DNA of 64,000 nucleotides from positions 211,234,001 to 211,298,000 of the forward strand of contig OZ024743.1 of NCBI GenBank assembly GCA_964016885.1, written 5' to 3'. This DNA is from Eledone cirrhosa. Taxonomy: Eukaryota. Shown here one piece after another: positions 26,591 through 40,310 of this stretch; the first letter of the stretch is position 1, and each line of letters starts with the position of its first letter. The translations under genes and the position numbers were made by a program. Below the pieces are notes generated by a model. That model was given only the letters and a program-made list of their open reading frames with translations. It was not told the DNA's origin and did not search any database.

Positions 26591-28919
26591 ATTACAGACA
26601 TGGGGTTAGAATGTCTGAGGAAAGAATCACTAGAGAGCTGTTCCAGGTAGAGCCGCTAATTCACTGAATTGAGAGATCATAGCTCTGATACTACAGACAT
26701 GAGGTTAGAATGTCTGAGGAAAGAATCACTAGAGAGCTGTTCCAGGTAGAGCCGCTAATTCACTCAATTGAGAGATCATAGCTCTGATACTACAGACATG
26801 TGGTTAGAATGTCTGAGGAAAGAATCACTAGAGAGCTGTTCCAGGTAGAGCCGCTAATTCACTGAATTGAGAGATAATAGCTCTGATACTACAGACATGT
26901 GGTTAGAATGTCTGAGGAAAGAATCACTAGAGAGCTGTTCCAGGTAGAGCCACTAATTCACTGAATTGAGAGATCACAGCTCTGATATTACAGACATGGG
27001 GTTAGAATGTCTCAGGAAAGAATCACTAGAGAGCTGTTCAAGGTAGAGCCACTAATTCACTGAATTGAGAGATCACAGCTCTGATATTACAGACATGTGG
27101 TTAGAATGTCTGAGGAAAGAATCACTGGAGAGCTGTTCCAGGTAGAGCCGCTAATTCACTGAATTGAGAGATCATAGCTCTGATACTACAGACATGCGGT
27201 TGGAATGTCTGAGGAAAGAATCACTAGAGAGCTGTTTCAGGTAGAGCCACTAATTCACTGAATTGAGAGATCACAGCTCTGATATTACAGACATGGGGTT
27301 AGAATGTCTGAGGAAAGAATCACTAGAGAGCTGTTCCAGGTAGAGCCGCTAATTCACTGAATTGAGAGATCATAGCTCTGATACTACAGACATGCGGTTA
27401 GAATGTCTGAGGAAAGAATCACTAGAGAGCTGTTCCAGGTAGAGCCGCTAATTCACTGAATTGAGAGATCATAGCTCTGATACTACAGACATGTGGTTAG
27501 AATGTCTGAGGAAAGAATCACTAGAGAGCTGTTCCAGGTAGAGCCACTAATTCACTGAATTGAGAGATCACAGCTCTGATATTACAGACATGTGGTTAGA
27601 ATGTCTCAGGAAAGAATCACTAGAGACCTGTTCCAGGTAGAGCCACTAATTGACTGAATTGAGAGATCACAGCTCTGATATTACAGACATGTGGTTAGAA
27701 TGTCTGAGGAAAGAATCACTAGAGAGCTGTTCCAGGTAGAGCCGCTAATTCACTGAATTGAGAGATCATAGCTCTGATACTACAGACATGCGGTTAGAAT
27801 GTCTGAGGAAAGAATCACTAGAGAGCTGTTCCAGGTAGAGCCGCTAATTCACTCAATTGAGAGATCATAGCTCTGATACTACAGATATGTGGTTAGAATG
27901 TCTGAGGAAAGAATCACTAGAGAGCTGTTCCAGGTAGAGCCGCTAATTCACTGAATTGAGAGATCATAGCTCTGATACTACAGACATGCGGTTGGAATGT
28001 CTGAGGAAAGAATCACTAGAGAGCTGTTTCAGGTAGAGCCACTAATTCACTGAATTGAGAGATCACAGCTCTGATATTACAGACATGTGGTTAGAATGTC
28101 TGAGGAAAGAATCACTGGAGAGCTGTTCCAGGTAGAGCCACTAATTCACTGAATTGAGAGATTACAGCTCTGATATTACAGACAGGTGGTTAGAATGTCT
28201 GAGGAAAGAATCACTAGAGAGCTGTTCCAGGTAGAGCCGCTAATTCACTGAATTGAGAGATCATAGCTCTGATACTACAGACATGTGGTTAGAATGTCTG
28301 AGGAAAGAATCACTAGAGAGCTGTTCCAGGTAGAGCCACTAATTCACTGAATTGAGAGATCACAGCTCTGATATTACAGACATGGGGTTAGAATGTCTGA
28401 GGAAAGAATCACTAGAGAGCTGTTCCAGGTAGAGCCGCTAATTCATTGAATTGAGAGATCACAGCTCTGATATTACAGACATGTGGTTAGAATGTCTCAG
28501 AAAAGAATCACTAGCGAGCTGTTCAAGGTAGAGCCACTAATTCACTGAATTGAGAGTTCACAGCTCTGATATTACAGACATGTGTTTAGAATGTCTGAGG
28601 AAAGAATCACTGGAGAGCTGTTCCAGGTAGAGCCACTAATTCACTGAATTCAGAGATTACAGCTCTGATATTACAGACAGGTGGTTAGAATGTCTGAGGA
28701 AAGAATCACTAGAGAGCTGTTCCAGGTAGAGCCGCTAATTCACTGAATTGAGAGATCATAGCTCTGATACTACAGACATGTGGTTAGAATGTCTGAGGAA
28801 AGAATCACTAGAGAGCTGTTCCAGGTAGAGCCACTAATTCACTGAATTGAGAGATCGTAGCTCTGATACTACAGACATGTGGTTAGAATGTCTGAGGAAA
28901 GAATAACTAGAGAGCTGTT

Positions 28920-31900
28920 CCAGGTAGAGCCACTAATTCACTGAATTGAGAGATCATAGCTCTGATATTACAGACATGCAGTTAGAATGTCTGAGGAAAG
29001 AATCACTAGAGAGCTGTTCCAGGTAGAGCCACTAATTTACTGAATTGAGAGATCACAGCTCTGATATTACAGACATGGGGTTAGAATGTCTGAGGAAAGA
29101 ATTACTAGAAAGCTGTTCCAGGTGGAGCCACTAATTCACTGAATTGAGAGATCATAGCTCTGATACTACAGACATGTGGTTAGAATGTCTGAGGAAAGAA
29201 TCACTAGAGAGCTGTTCCAGGTAGAGCCACTAATTCACTGAATTGAGAGATCACAGCTCTGATAATACAGACATGTGGTTAGAATGTCTGAGGAAAGAGT
29301 CACTAGAGAGCTGTTCCAGGTAGAGCCACTAATTTACCGAATTGAGAGATCATAGCTCTGATACTACAGACATGTGGTTAGAATGTCTGAGGAAAGAATC
29401 ACTAAAGAGCTGTTCCAGGTAGAGCCACTAATTCACTGAATTGAGAGATCATAGCTCTGATATTACAGACATGGGGTTAGAATGTCTCAGGAAAGAATCA
29501 CTAGAGAGCTGTTCCAGGTAGAGCCACTAATTCACTGAATTGAGAGATCACAGCTCTGATACTATAGACATGGGGTTAGAATGTCTGAGGAAAGAATCAC
29601 TAGAGAGCTGTTCCAGGTAGAGCCACTAATTCACTGAATTGAGAGATCACAATTCTGATATTACAGACATGTGGTTAGAATGTCTGAGGAAAGAATCACT
29701 GGAGAGCTGTTCCAGGTAGAGCCACTAATTCACTGAATTGAGAGATCACAGCTCTGATATTACAGACATGGGGTTAGAATGTCTCAGGAAAGAATCACTG
29801 GAGAGCTGTTGCAGGTAGAGCCACTAATTCACTGAATTGAGAGATCATAGCTCTGATATTACAGACATGGGGTTAGAATGTCTCAGGAAAAAATCACTAG
29901 AGTGCTGTTCCAGGTAGAGCCACTAATTCACTGAATTGAGAGATCACAGCTCTGATATTACAGACATGTGGTTAGAATGTCTGAGGAAAGAATCACTGGA
30001 GAGCTGTTCCAGGTAGAGCCACTAATTCACTGAATTGAGAGATCACAGCTCTGATATTACAGACATGTGATTAGAATGTCTGAGGAAAGAATCACTAGAG
30101 AGCTGTTCCAGGTAGAGCCACTAATTCACTGAATTGAGAGATCATAGCTCTGATATTACAGACATGCAGTTAGAATGTCTGAGGAAAGAATCACTAGAGA
30201 GCTGTTCCAGGTAGAGCCACTAATTTACTGAATTGAGAGATCACAGCTCTGATATTACAGACATGGGGTTAGAATGTCTGAGGAAAGAATTACTAGAAAG
30301 CTGTTCCAGGTGGAGCCACTAATTCACTGAATTGAGAGATCATAGCTCTGATACTACAGACATGTGGTTAGAATGTCTGAGGAAAGAATCACTAGAGAGC
30401 TGTTCCAGGTAGAGCCACTAATTCACTGAATTGAGAGATCACAGCTCTGATAATACAGACATGTGGTTAGAATGTCTGAGGAAAGAGTCACTAGAGAGCT
30501 GTTCCAGGTAGAGCCACTAATTTACCGAATTGAGAGATCATAGCTCTGATACTACAGACATGTGGTTAGAATGTCTGAGGAAAGAATCACTAAAGAGCTG
30601 TTCCAGGTAGAGCCACTAATTCACTGAATTGAGAGATCATAGCTCTGATATTACAGACATGGGGTTAGAATGTCTCAGGAAAGAATCACTAAAGAGCTGT
30701 TCCAGGTAGAGCCACTAATTCACTGAATTGAGAGATCACAGCTCTGATACTATAGACATGGGGTTAGAATGTCTGAGGAAAGAATCACTAGAGAGCTGTT
30801 CCAGGTAGAGCCACTAATTCACTGAATTGAGAGATCACAATTCTGATATTACAGACATGTGGTTAGAATGTCTGAGGAAAGAATCACTGGAGAGCTGTTC
30901 CAGGTAGAGCCACTAATTCACTGAATTGAGAGATCACAGCTCTGATATTACAGACATGGGGTTAGAATGTCTCAGGAAAGAATCACTGGAGAGCTGTTGC
31001 AGGTAGAGCCACTAATTCACTGAATTGAGAGATCATAGCTCTGATATTACAGACATGGGGTTAGAATGTCTCAGGAAAAAATCACTAGAGAGCTGTTCCA
31101 GGTAGAGCCACTAATTCACTGAATTGAGAGATCACAGCTCTGATATTACAGACATGTGGTTAGAATGTCTGAGGAAAGAATCACTGGAGAGCTGTTCCAG
31201 GTAGAGCCACTAATTCACTGAATTGAGAGATCACAGCTCTGATATTACAGACATGTGATTAGAATGTCTGAGGAAAGAATCACTAGAGAGCTGTTCCAGG
31301 TAGAGCCGCTAATTCATTGAATTGAGAGATCACAGCTCTGATATTACAGACATGTGGTTAGAATGTCTCAGAAAAGAATCACTAGCGAGCTGTTCAAGGT
31401 AGAGCCACTAATTCACTGAATTGAGAGATCACAGCTCTGATATTACAGACATGTGTTTAGAATGTCTGAGGAAAGATTCACTGAAGAGCTGTTCCAGGTA
31501 GAGCCACTAATTCACTGAATTGAGAGATCACAGCTCTGATATTACAGACATGTGGTTAGAATGTCTGAGGAAAGAATCACTAGAGAGCTGTTCCAGGTAG
31601 AGCCGCTAATTCACTGAATTGAGAGATCATAGCTCTGATACTACAGACATGCGGTTAGAATGTCTGAGGAAAGAATCACTAGAGAGCTGTTCCAGGTAGA
31701 GCCGCTAATTCACTCAATTGAGAGATCATAGCTCTGATACTACAGATATGTGGTTAGAATGTCTGAGGAAAGAATCACTAGAGAGCTGTTCCAGGTAGAG
31801 CCGCTAATTCACTGAATTGAGAGATCATAGCTCTGATACTACAGACATGCGGTTGGAATGTCTGAGAAAAGAATCACTAGAGAGCTGTTCCAGGTAGAGC

Positions 31901-33830
31901 CACTAATTCACTGAATTGAGAGATCACAGCTCTGATATTACAGACATGGGGTTAGAATGTCTGAGGAAAGAATCACTAGAGAGCTGTTCCAGGTAGAGCC
32001 GCTAATTCACTGAATTGAGAGATCATAGCTCTGATATTACAGACATGCAGTTAGAATGTCTGAGGAAAGAATCACTAGAGAGCTGTTCCAGGTAGAGCCA
32101 CTAATTTACTGAATTGAGAGATCACAGCTCTGATATTACAGACATGGGGTTAGAATGTCTGAGGAAAGAATTACTAGAAAGCTGTTCCAGGTGGAGCCAC
32201 TAATTCACTGAATTGAGAGATCATAGCTCTGATACTACAGACATGTGGTTAGAATGTCTGAGGAAAGAATCACTAGAGAGCTGTTCCAGGTAGAGCCACT
32301 AATTCACTGAATTGAGAGATCACAGCTCTGATAATACAGACATGTGGTTAGAATGTCTGAGGAAAGAGTCACTAGAGAGCTGTTCCAGGTAGAGCCACTA
32401 ATTTACCGAATTGAGAGATCATAGCTCTGATACTACAGACATGTGGTTAGAATGTCTGAGGAAAGAATCACTAAAGAGCTGTTCCAGGTAGAGCCACTAA
32501 TTCACTGAATTGAGAGATCATAGCTCTGATATTACAGACATGGGGTTAGAATGTCTCAGGAAAGAATCACTAAAGAGCTGTTCCAGGTAGAGCCACTAAT
32601 TCACTGAATTGAGAGATCACAGCTCTGATACTATAGACATGGGGTTAGAATGTCTGAGGAAAGAATCACTAGAGAGCTGTTCCAGGTAGAGCCACTAATT
32701 CACTGAATTGAGAGATCACAATTCTGATATTACAGACATGTGGTTAGAATGTCTGAGGAAAGAATCACTGGAGAGCTGTTCCAGGTAGAGCCACTAATTC
32801 ACTGAATTGAGAGATCACAGCTCTGATATTACAGACATGGGGTTAGAATGTCTCAGGAAAGAATCACTGGAGAGCTGTTGCAGGTAGAGCCACTAATTCA
32901 CTGAATTGAGAGATCATAGCTCTGATATTACAGACATGGGGTTAGAATGTCTCAGGAAAAAATCACTAGAGAGCTGTTCCAGGTAGAGCCACTAATTCAC
33001 TGAATTGAGAGATCACAGCTCTGATATTACAGACATGTGGTTAGAATGTCTGAGGAAAGAATCACTGGAGAGCTGTTCCAGGTAGAGCCACTAATTCACT
33101 GAATTGAGAGATCACAGCTCTGATATTACAGACATGTGATTAGAATGTCTGAGGAAAGAATCACTAGAGAGCTGTTCCAGGTAGAGCCGCTAATTCATTG
33201 AATTGAGAGATCACAGCTCTGATATTACAGACATGTGGTTAGAATGTCTCAGAAAAGAATCACTAGCGAGCTGTTCAAGGTAGAGCCACTAATTCACTGA
33301 ATTGAGAGATCACAGCTCTGATATTACAGACATGTGTTTAGAATGTCTGAGGAAAGATTCACTGGAGAGCTGTTCCAGGTAGAGCCACTAATTCACTGAA
33401 TTGAGAGATCACAGCTCTGATATTACAGACATGTGGTTAGAATGTCTGAGGAAAGAATCACTAGAGAGCTGTTCCAGGTAGAGCCGCTAATTCACTGAAT
33501 TGAGAGATCATAGCTCTGATACTACAGACATGCGGTTAGAATGTCTGAGGAAAGAATCACTAGAGAGCTGTTCCAGGTAGAGCCGCTAATTCACTCAATT
33601 GAGAGATCATAGCTCTGATACTACAGATATGTGGTTAGAATGTCTGAGGAAAGAATCACTAGAGAGCTGTTCCAGGTAGAGCCGCTAATTCACTGAATTG
33701 AGAGATCATAGCTCTGATACTACAGACATGCGGTTGGAATGTCTGAGGAAAGAATCACTAGAGAGCTGTTCCAGGTAGAGCCACTAATTCACTGAATTGA
33801 GAGATCACAGCTCTGATATTACAGACATGT
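28920..33830. repeat. Overlapping 12-mer (1188 bp) and 19-mer (1881 bp) tandem duplications
   Basis: CATGCAG at 28975/30163/32044 (spacings 1188, 1881); GAAAGATTC at 31471/33352 and TAATTTACTG at 30221/32102 (offset 1881). Confidence 0.85.
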
Positions 33831-36800
33831 GGTTAGAATGTCTGAGGAAAGAATCACTGGAGAGCTGTTCCAGGTAGAGCCACTAATTCACTGAATTGAG
33901 AGATTACAGCTCTGATATTACAGACAGGTGGTTAGAATGTCTGAGGAAAGAATCACTAGAGAGCTGTTCCAGGTAGAGCCGCTAATTCACTGAATTGAGA
34001 GATCATAGCTCTGATACTACAGACATGTGGTTAGAATGTCTGAGGAAAGAATCACTAGAGAGCTGTTCCAGGTAGAGCCACTAATTCACTGAATTGAGAG
34101 ATCACAGCTCTGATATTACAGACATGGGGTTAGAATGTCTGAGGAAAGAATCACTAGAGAGCTGTTCCAGGTAGAGCCGCTAATTCATTGAATTGAGAGA
34201 TCACAGCTCTGATATTACAGACATGTGGTTAGAATGTCTCAGAAAAGAATCACTAGCGAGCTGTTCAAGGTAGAGCCACTAATTCACTGAATTGAGAGTT
34301 CACAGCTCTGATATTACAGACATGTGTTTAGAATGTCTGAGGAAAGAATCACTGGAGAGCTGTTCCAGGTAGAGCCACTAATTCACTGAATTGAGAGATT
34401 ACAGCTCTGATATTACAGACAGGTGGTTAGAATGTCTGAGGAAAGAATCACTAGTGAGCTGTTCCAGGTAGAGCCGCTAATTCACTGAATTGAGAGATCA
34501 TAGCTCTGATACTACAGACATGTGGTTAGAATGTCTGAGGAAAGAATCACTAGAGAGCTGTTCCAGGTAGAGCCACTAATTCACTGAATTGAGAGATTGT
34601 AGCTCTGATACTACAGACATGTGGTTAGAATGTCTCAGGAAAGAATCACTAGAGAGCTGTTCCAGGTAGAGCCACTAATTCACCGAATTGAGAGATCATG
34701 GCTCTGATACTACAGACGTGTGGTTAGAATGTCTGAGGAAAGAATAACTAGAGAGCTGTTCCAGGTAGAGCCACTAATTCACTGAATTGAGAGATCATAG
34801 CTCTGATATTACAGACATGTGGTTAGAATGTCTGAGGAAAGAATCACTAGAGAGCTGTTCCAGGTAGAGCCACTAATTTACTGAATTGAGAGATCACAGC
34901 TCTGATATTACAGACATGGGGTTAGAATGTCTGAGGAAAGAATTACTAGAAAGCTGTTCCAGGTGGAGCCACTAATTCACTGAATTGAGAGATCATAGCT
35001 CTGATACTACAGACATGTGGTTAGAATGTCTGAGGAAAGAATCACTAGAGAGCTGTTCCAGGTAGAGCCACTAATTCACTGAATTGAGAGATCACAGCTC
35101 TGATAATACAGACATGTGGTTAGAATGTCTGAGGAAAGAGTCACTAGAGAGCTGTTCCAGGTAGAGCCACTAATTTACCGAATTAAGAGATCATAGCTCT
35201 GATACTACAGACATGTGGTTAGAATGTCTGAGGAAAGAATCACTAAAGAGCTGTTCCAGGTAGAGCCACTAATTCACTGAATTGAGAGATCATAGCTCTG
35301 ATATTACAGACATGGGGTTAGAATGTCTCAGGAAAGAATCACTAGAGAGCTGTTCCAGGTAGAGCCACTAATTCACTGAATTGAGAGATCACAGCTCTGA
35401 TACTATAGACATGGGGTTAGAATGTCTGAGGAAAGAATCACTAGAGAGCTGTTCCAGGTAGAGCCACTAATTCACTGAATTGAGAGATCACAATTCTGAT
35501 ATTACAGACACGTGGTTAGAATGTCTGAGGAAAGAATCACTGGAGAGCTGTTCCAGGTAGAGCCACTAATTCACTGAATTGAGAGATCACAGCTCTGATA
35601 TTACAGACATGCGGTTAGAATGTCTCAGGAAAGAATCACTGGAGAGCTGTTGCAGGTAGAGCCACTAATTCACTGAATTGAGAGATCATAGCTCTGATAT
35701 TACAGACATGGGGTTAGAATGTCTCAGGAAAAAATCACTAGAGAGATGTTCCAGGTAGAGCCACTAATTCACTGAATTGAGAGATCACAGCTCTGATATT
35801 ACAGACATGTGGTTAGAATGTCTGAGGAAAGAATCACTGGAGAGCTGTTCCAGGTAGAGCCACTAATTCACTGAATTGAGAGATTACAGCTCTGATATTA
35901 CAGACATGTGATTAGAATGTCTGAGGAAAGAATCACTAGAGAGCTGTTCCAGGTAGAGCCGCTAATTCATTGAATTGAGAGATCACAGCTCTGATATTAC
36001 AGACATGTGGTTAGAATGTCTCAGAAAAGAATCACTAGCGAGCTGTTCAAGGTAGAGCCACTAATTCACTGAATTGAGAGATCACAGCTCTGATATTACA
36101 GACATGTGTTTAGAATGTCTGAGGAAAGATTCACTGGAGAGCTGTTCCAGGTAGAGCCACTAATTCACTGAATTGAGAGATCACAGCTCTGATATTACAG
36201 ACATGTGGTTAGAATGTCTGAGGAAAGAATCACTAGAGAGCTGTTCCAGGTAGAGCCGCTAATTCACTGAATTGAGAGATCATAGCTCTGATACTACAGA
36301 CATGCGGTTAGAATGTCTGAGGAAAGAATCACTAGAGAGCTGTTCCAGGTAGAGCCGCTAATTCACTCAATTGAGAGATCATAGCTCTGATACTACAGAT
36401 ATGTGGTTAGAATGTCTGAGGAAAGAATCACTAGAGAGCTGTTCCAGGTAGAGCCGCTAATTCACTGAATTGAGAGATCATAGCTCTGATACTACAGACA
36501 TGCGGTTGGAATGTCTGAGGAAAGAATCACTAGAGAGCTGGTCCAGGTAGAGCCACTAATTCACTGAATTGAGAGATCACAGCTCTGATATTACAGACAT
36601 GTGGTTAGAATGTCTGAGGAAAGAATCACTGGAGAGCTGTTCCAGGTAGAGCCACTAATTCACTGAATTGAGAGATTACAGCTCTGATATTACAGACAGG
36701 TGGTTAGAATGTCTGAGGAAAGAATCACTAGAGAGCTGTTCCAGGTAGAGCCGCTAATTCACTGAATTGAGAGATCATAGCTCTGATACTACAGACATGT

Positions 36801-39149
36801 GGTTAGAATGTCTGAGGAAAGAATCACTAGAGAGCTGTTCCAGGTAGAGCCACTAATTCACTGAATTGAGAGATCACAGCTTTGATATTACAGACATGGG
36901 GTTAGAATGTCTGAGGAAAGAATCACTAGAGAGCTGTTCCAGGTAGAGCCGCTAATTCATTGAATTGAGAGATCACAGCTCTGATATTACAGACATGTGG
37001 TTAGAATGTCTCAGAAAAGTATCACTAGCGAGCTGTTCAAGGTAGAGCCACTAATTCACTGAATTGAGAGTTCACAGCTCTGATATTACAGACATGTGTT
37101 TAGAATGTCTGAGGAAAGAATCACTGGAGAGCTGTTCCAGGTAGGGCCACTAATTCACTGAATTGAGAGATCACAGCTCTGATATTACAGACATGTGGTT
37201 AGAATGTCTGAGGAAATAATCACTAGAGAGCTGTTCCAGGTAGAGCCGCTAATTCACTGAATTGAGAGATCATAGCTCTGATACTACAGACATGCGGTTA
37301 GAATGTCTGAGGAAAGAATCACTAGAGAGCTGTTCCAGGTAGAGCCGCTAATTCACTCAATTGAGAGATCATAGCTCTGATATTACAGACATGTGGTTAG
37401 AATGTCTGAGGAAAGAATCACTGGAGAGCTGTTCCAGGTAGAGCCACTAATTCACTGAATTGAGAGATTACAGCTCTGATATTACAGACATGGGGTTAGA
37501 ATGGCTCAGGAAAGAATCACTAGAGAGCTGTTCATGGTAGAGCCACTAATTCACTGAATTGAGAGATCACTGCTCTGATATTACAGACATGTGGTTAGAA
37601 TGTCTGAGGAAAGAATCACTGGAGAGCTGTTCCTGGTAGAGCCACTAATTCACTGAATTGAGAGATCACAGCTCTGATATTACAGACATGTGGTTAGAAT
37701 GTCTGAGGAAAGAATCACTAGAGAGCTGTTCCAGGTAGAGCCACTAATTCACTGAATTGAGACATTACAGCTCTGATATTACAGACATGCGGTTAGAATG
37801 TCTGAGGTAAGAATTACTAGAGAGCTGTTCCAGGTAGAGCCGCTAATTCACTGAATTGAGAGATCATAGCTCTGATACTACAGACATGCGGTTAGAATGT
37901 CTGAGGAAAGAATCACTAGAGAGCTGTTCCAGGTAGAGCCGCTAATTCACTGAATTGAGAGATCATAGCTCTGATATTACAGACATGTGGTTAGAATGTC
38001 TGAGGAAAGAATCACTGGAGAGCTGTTCCAGGTAGAGCCACTAATTCACTGAATTGAGAGATTACAGCTCTGATATTACAGACAGGTGGTTAGAATGTCT
38101 GAGGAAAGAATCACTAGAGAGCTGTTCCAGGTAGAGCCGCTAATTCACTGAATTGAGAGATCATAGCTCTGATACTACAGACATGCGGTTAGAATGTCTG
38201 AGGAAAGAATCACTAGAGAGCTGTTCCAGGTAGAGCCACTAATTCACTGAATTGAGAGATCACAGCTCTGATATTACAGACATGGGGTTAGAATGTCTCA
38301 GGAAAGAATCACTATAGAGCTGTTCAAGGTAGAGCCACTAATTCACTGAATTGAGAGATCACAGCTCTGATATTACAGACATGTGGTTTGAATGTCTGAG
38401 GAAAGAATCACTGGAGAGCTGTTCCAGGTAGAGCCACTAATTCACTGAATTGAGAGATCACAGCTCTGATATTACAGACATGTGGTTAGAATGTCTGAGG
38501 AAAGAATCACTAGAGAGCTGTTCCAGGTAGAGCCACTAATTCACTGAATTGAGACATTACAGCTCTGATATTACAGACATGTGGTTAGAATGTCTGAGGA
38601 AAGAATCACTAGAGAGCTGTTCCAGGTAGAGCCGCTAATTCACTGAATTGAGAGATCATAGCTCTGATATTACAGACATGTGGTTAGAATGTCTGAGGAA
38701 AGAATCACTAGAGAGCTGTTCCAGGTAGAGCCACTAATTCACTGAATTGAGAGATCACAATTCTGATATTACAGACATGTGGTTAGAATGTCTGAGTAAA
38801 GAATCACTGGAGAGCTGTTCCAGGTAGAGCCACTAATTCACTGAATTGAGAGATCACAGCTCTGATATTACAGACATGTGGTTAGAATGTCTGAGGAAAG
38901 AATCACTAGCGAGCTGTTCCAGGTAGAGCCACTAATTCACTGAAATGAGAGATCACAGCTCTGATATTACAGACATGTTGTTAGAACGTCTGAGGAAAGA
39001 ATCACTAGAGAGCTGTTCCAGGTAGAGCCACTAATTCACTGAATTGAGAGATCACAGCTCTGATATTACAGACATGGGGTTAGAATGTCTGAGGAAAGAA
39101 TCACTGGAGAGCTGTTCCAGGTAGAGCCACTAATTCACTGAATTGAGTG

Positions 39150-40310
39150 ATTACAGCTCTGATATTACAGACAGGGGGTTAGAATGTCTGAGGAAAGTAT
39201 CACTAGAGAGCTGTTCCAGGTAGAGCCGCTAATTCACTGAATCGAGAGATCATAGCTCTGATACTACAGACATGCGGTTAGAATGTCTGAGGAAAGAATC
39301 ACGAGAGAGCTGTTCCAGGTAGAGCCGCTAATTCACTGAATTGAGAGATCATAGCTCTGATACTACAGACATGTGGTTAGAATGTCTGAGGAAAAATCAC
39401 TAGAGAGCCGTTCCAGGTAGAGCCACTAATTTACTGAATTGAGAGATCACAGCTCTGATATTACAGACATGGGGTTAGAATGTCTGAGGAAAGAATCACT
39501 AGAGAGCTGTTCCAGGTAGAGCCGCTAATTCACTGAATTGAGAGATCATAGCTCTGATACTACAGACATGAGGTTAGAATGTCTGAGGAAAGAATCACTA
39601 GAGAGCTGTTCCAGGTAGAGCCGCTAATTCACTGAATTGAGAGATCATAGCTCTGATACTACAGATATGTGGTTAGAATGTCTGAGGAAAGAATCACTAG
39701 AGAGCTGTTCCAGGTAGAGCCACTAATTCACTGAATTGAGAGATCACAGCTCTGATATTACAGACAGGGGGTTAGAATGTCTGAGGAAAGTATCACTAGA
39801 GAGCTGTTCCAGGTAGAGCCGCTAATTCACTGAATCGAGAGATCATAGCTCTGATACTACAGACATGCGGTTAGAATGTCTGAGGAAAGAATCACGAGAG
39901 AGCTGTTCCAGGTAGAGCCGCTAATTCACTGAATTGAGAGATCATAGCTCTGATACTACAGACATGTGGTTAGAATGTCTGAGGAAAAATCACTAGAGAG
40001 CCGTTCCAGGTAGAGCCACTAATTTACTGAATTGAGAGATCACAGCTCTGATATTACAGACATGGGGTTAGAATGTCTGAGGAAAGAATCACTAGAGAGC
40101 TGTTCCAGGTAGAGCCGCTAATTCACTGAATTGAGAGATCATAGCTCTGATACTACAGACATGAGGTTAGAATGTCTGAGGAAAGAATCACTAGAGAGCT
40201 GTTCCAGGTAGAGCCGCTAATTCACTGAATTGAGAGATCATAGCTCTGATACTACAGATATGTGGTTAGAATGTCTGAGGAAAGAATCACTAGAGAGCTG
40301 TTCCAGGTAG
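39150..40310. repeat. 6-monomer (593 bp) tandem duplication containing a 98-bp monomer; third copy at ~42100-42740
   Basis: AGGAAAGTAT at 39191/39784/42159. Each copy carries GAATCGAG, ATCACGAG and the deletion allele GAGGAAAAATCACTAGAGAGCCG. Confidence 0.9.

Noticed and set aside
1-39390. Frame +1 open under a TGA=Trp (code 4) or selenocysteine reading, since both near-fixed stops are TGA
   Set aside because: The very common C49T variant creates an in-frame TAG (TCA TAG) every few monomers, and frequent variants at positions 1, 71 and 85 are non-synonymous. A decayed LINE fragment explains the protein-like reading better.
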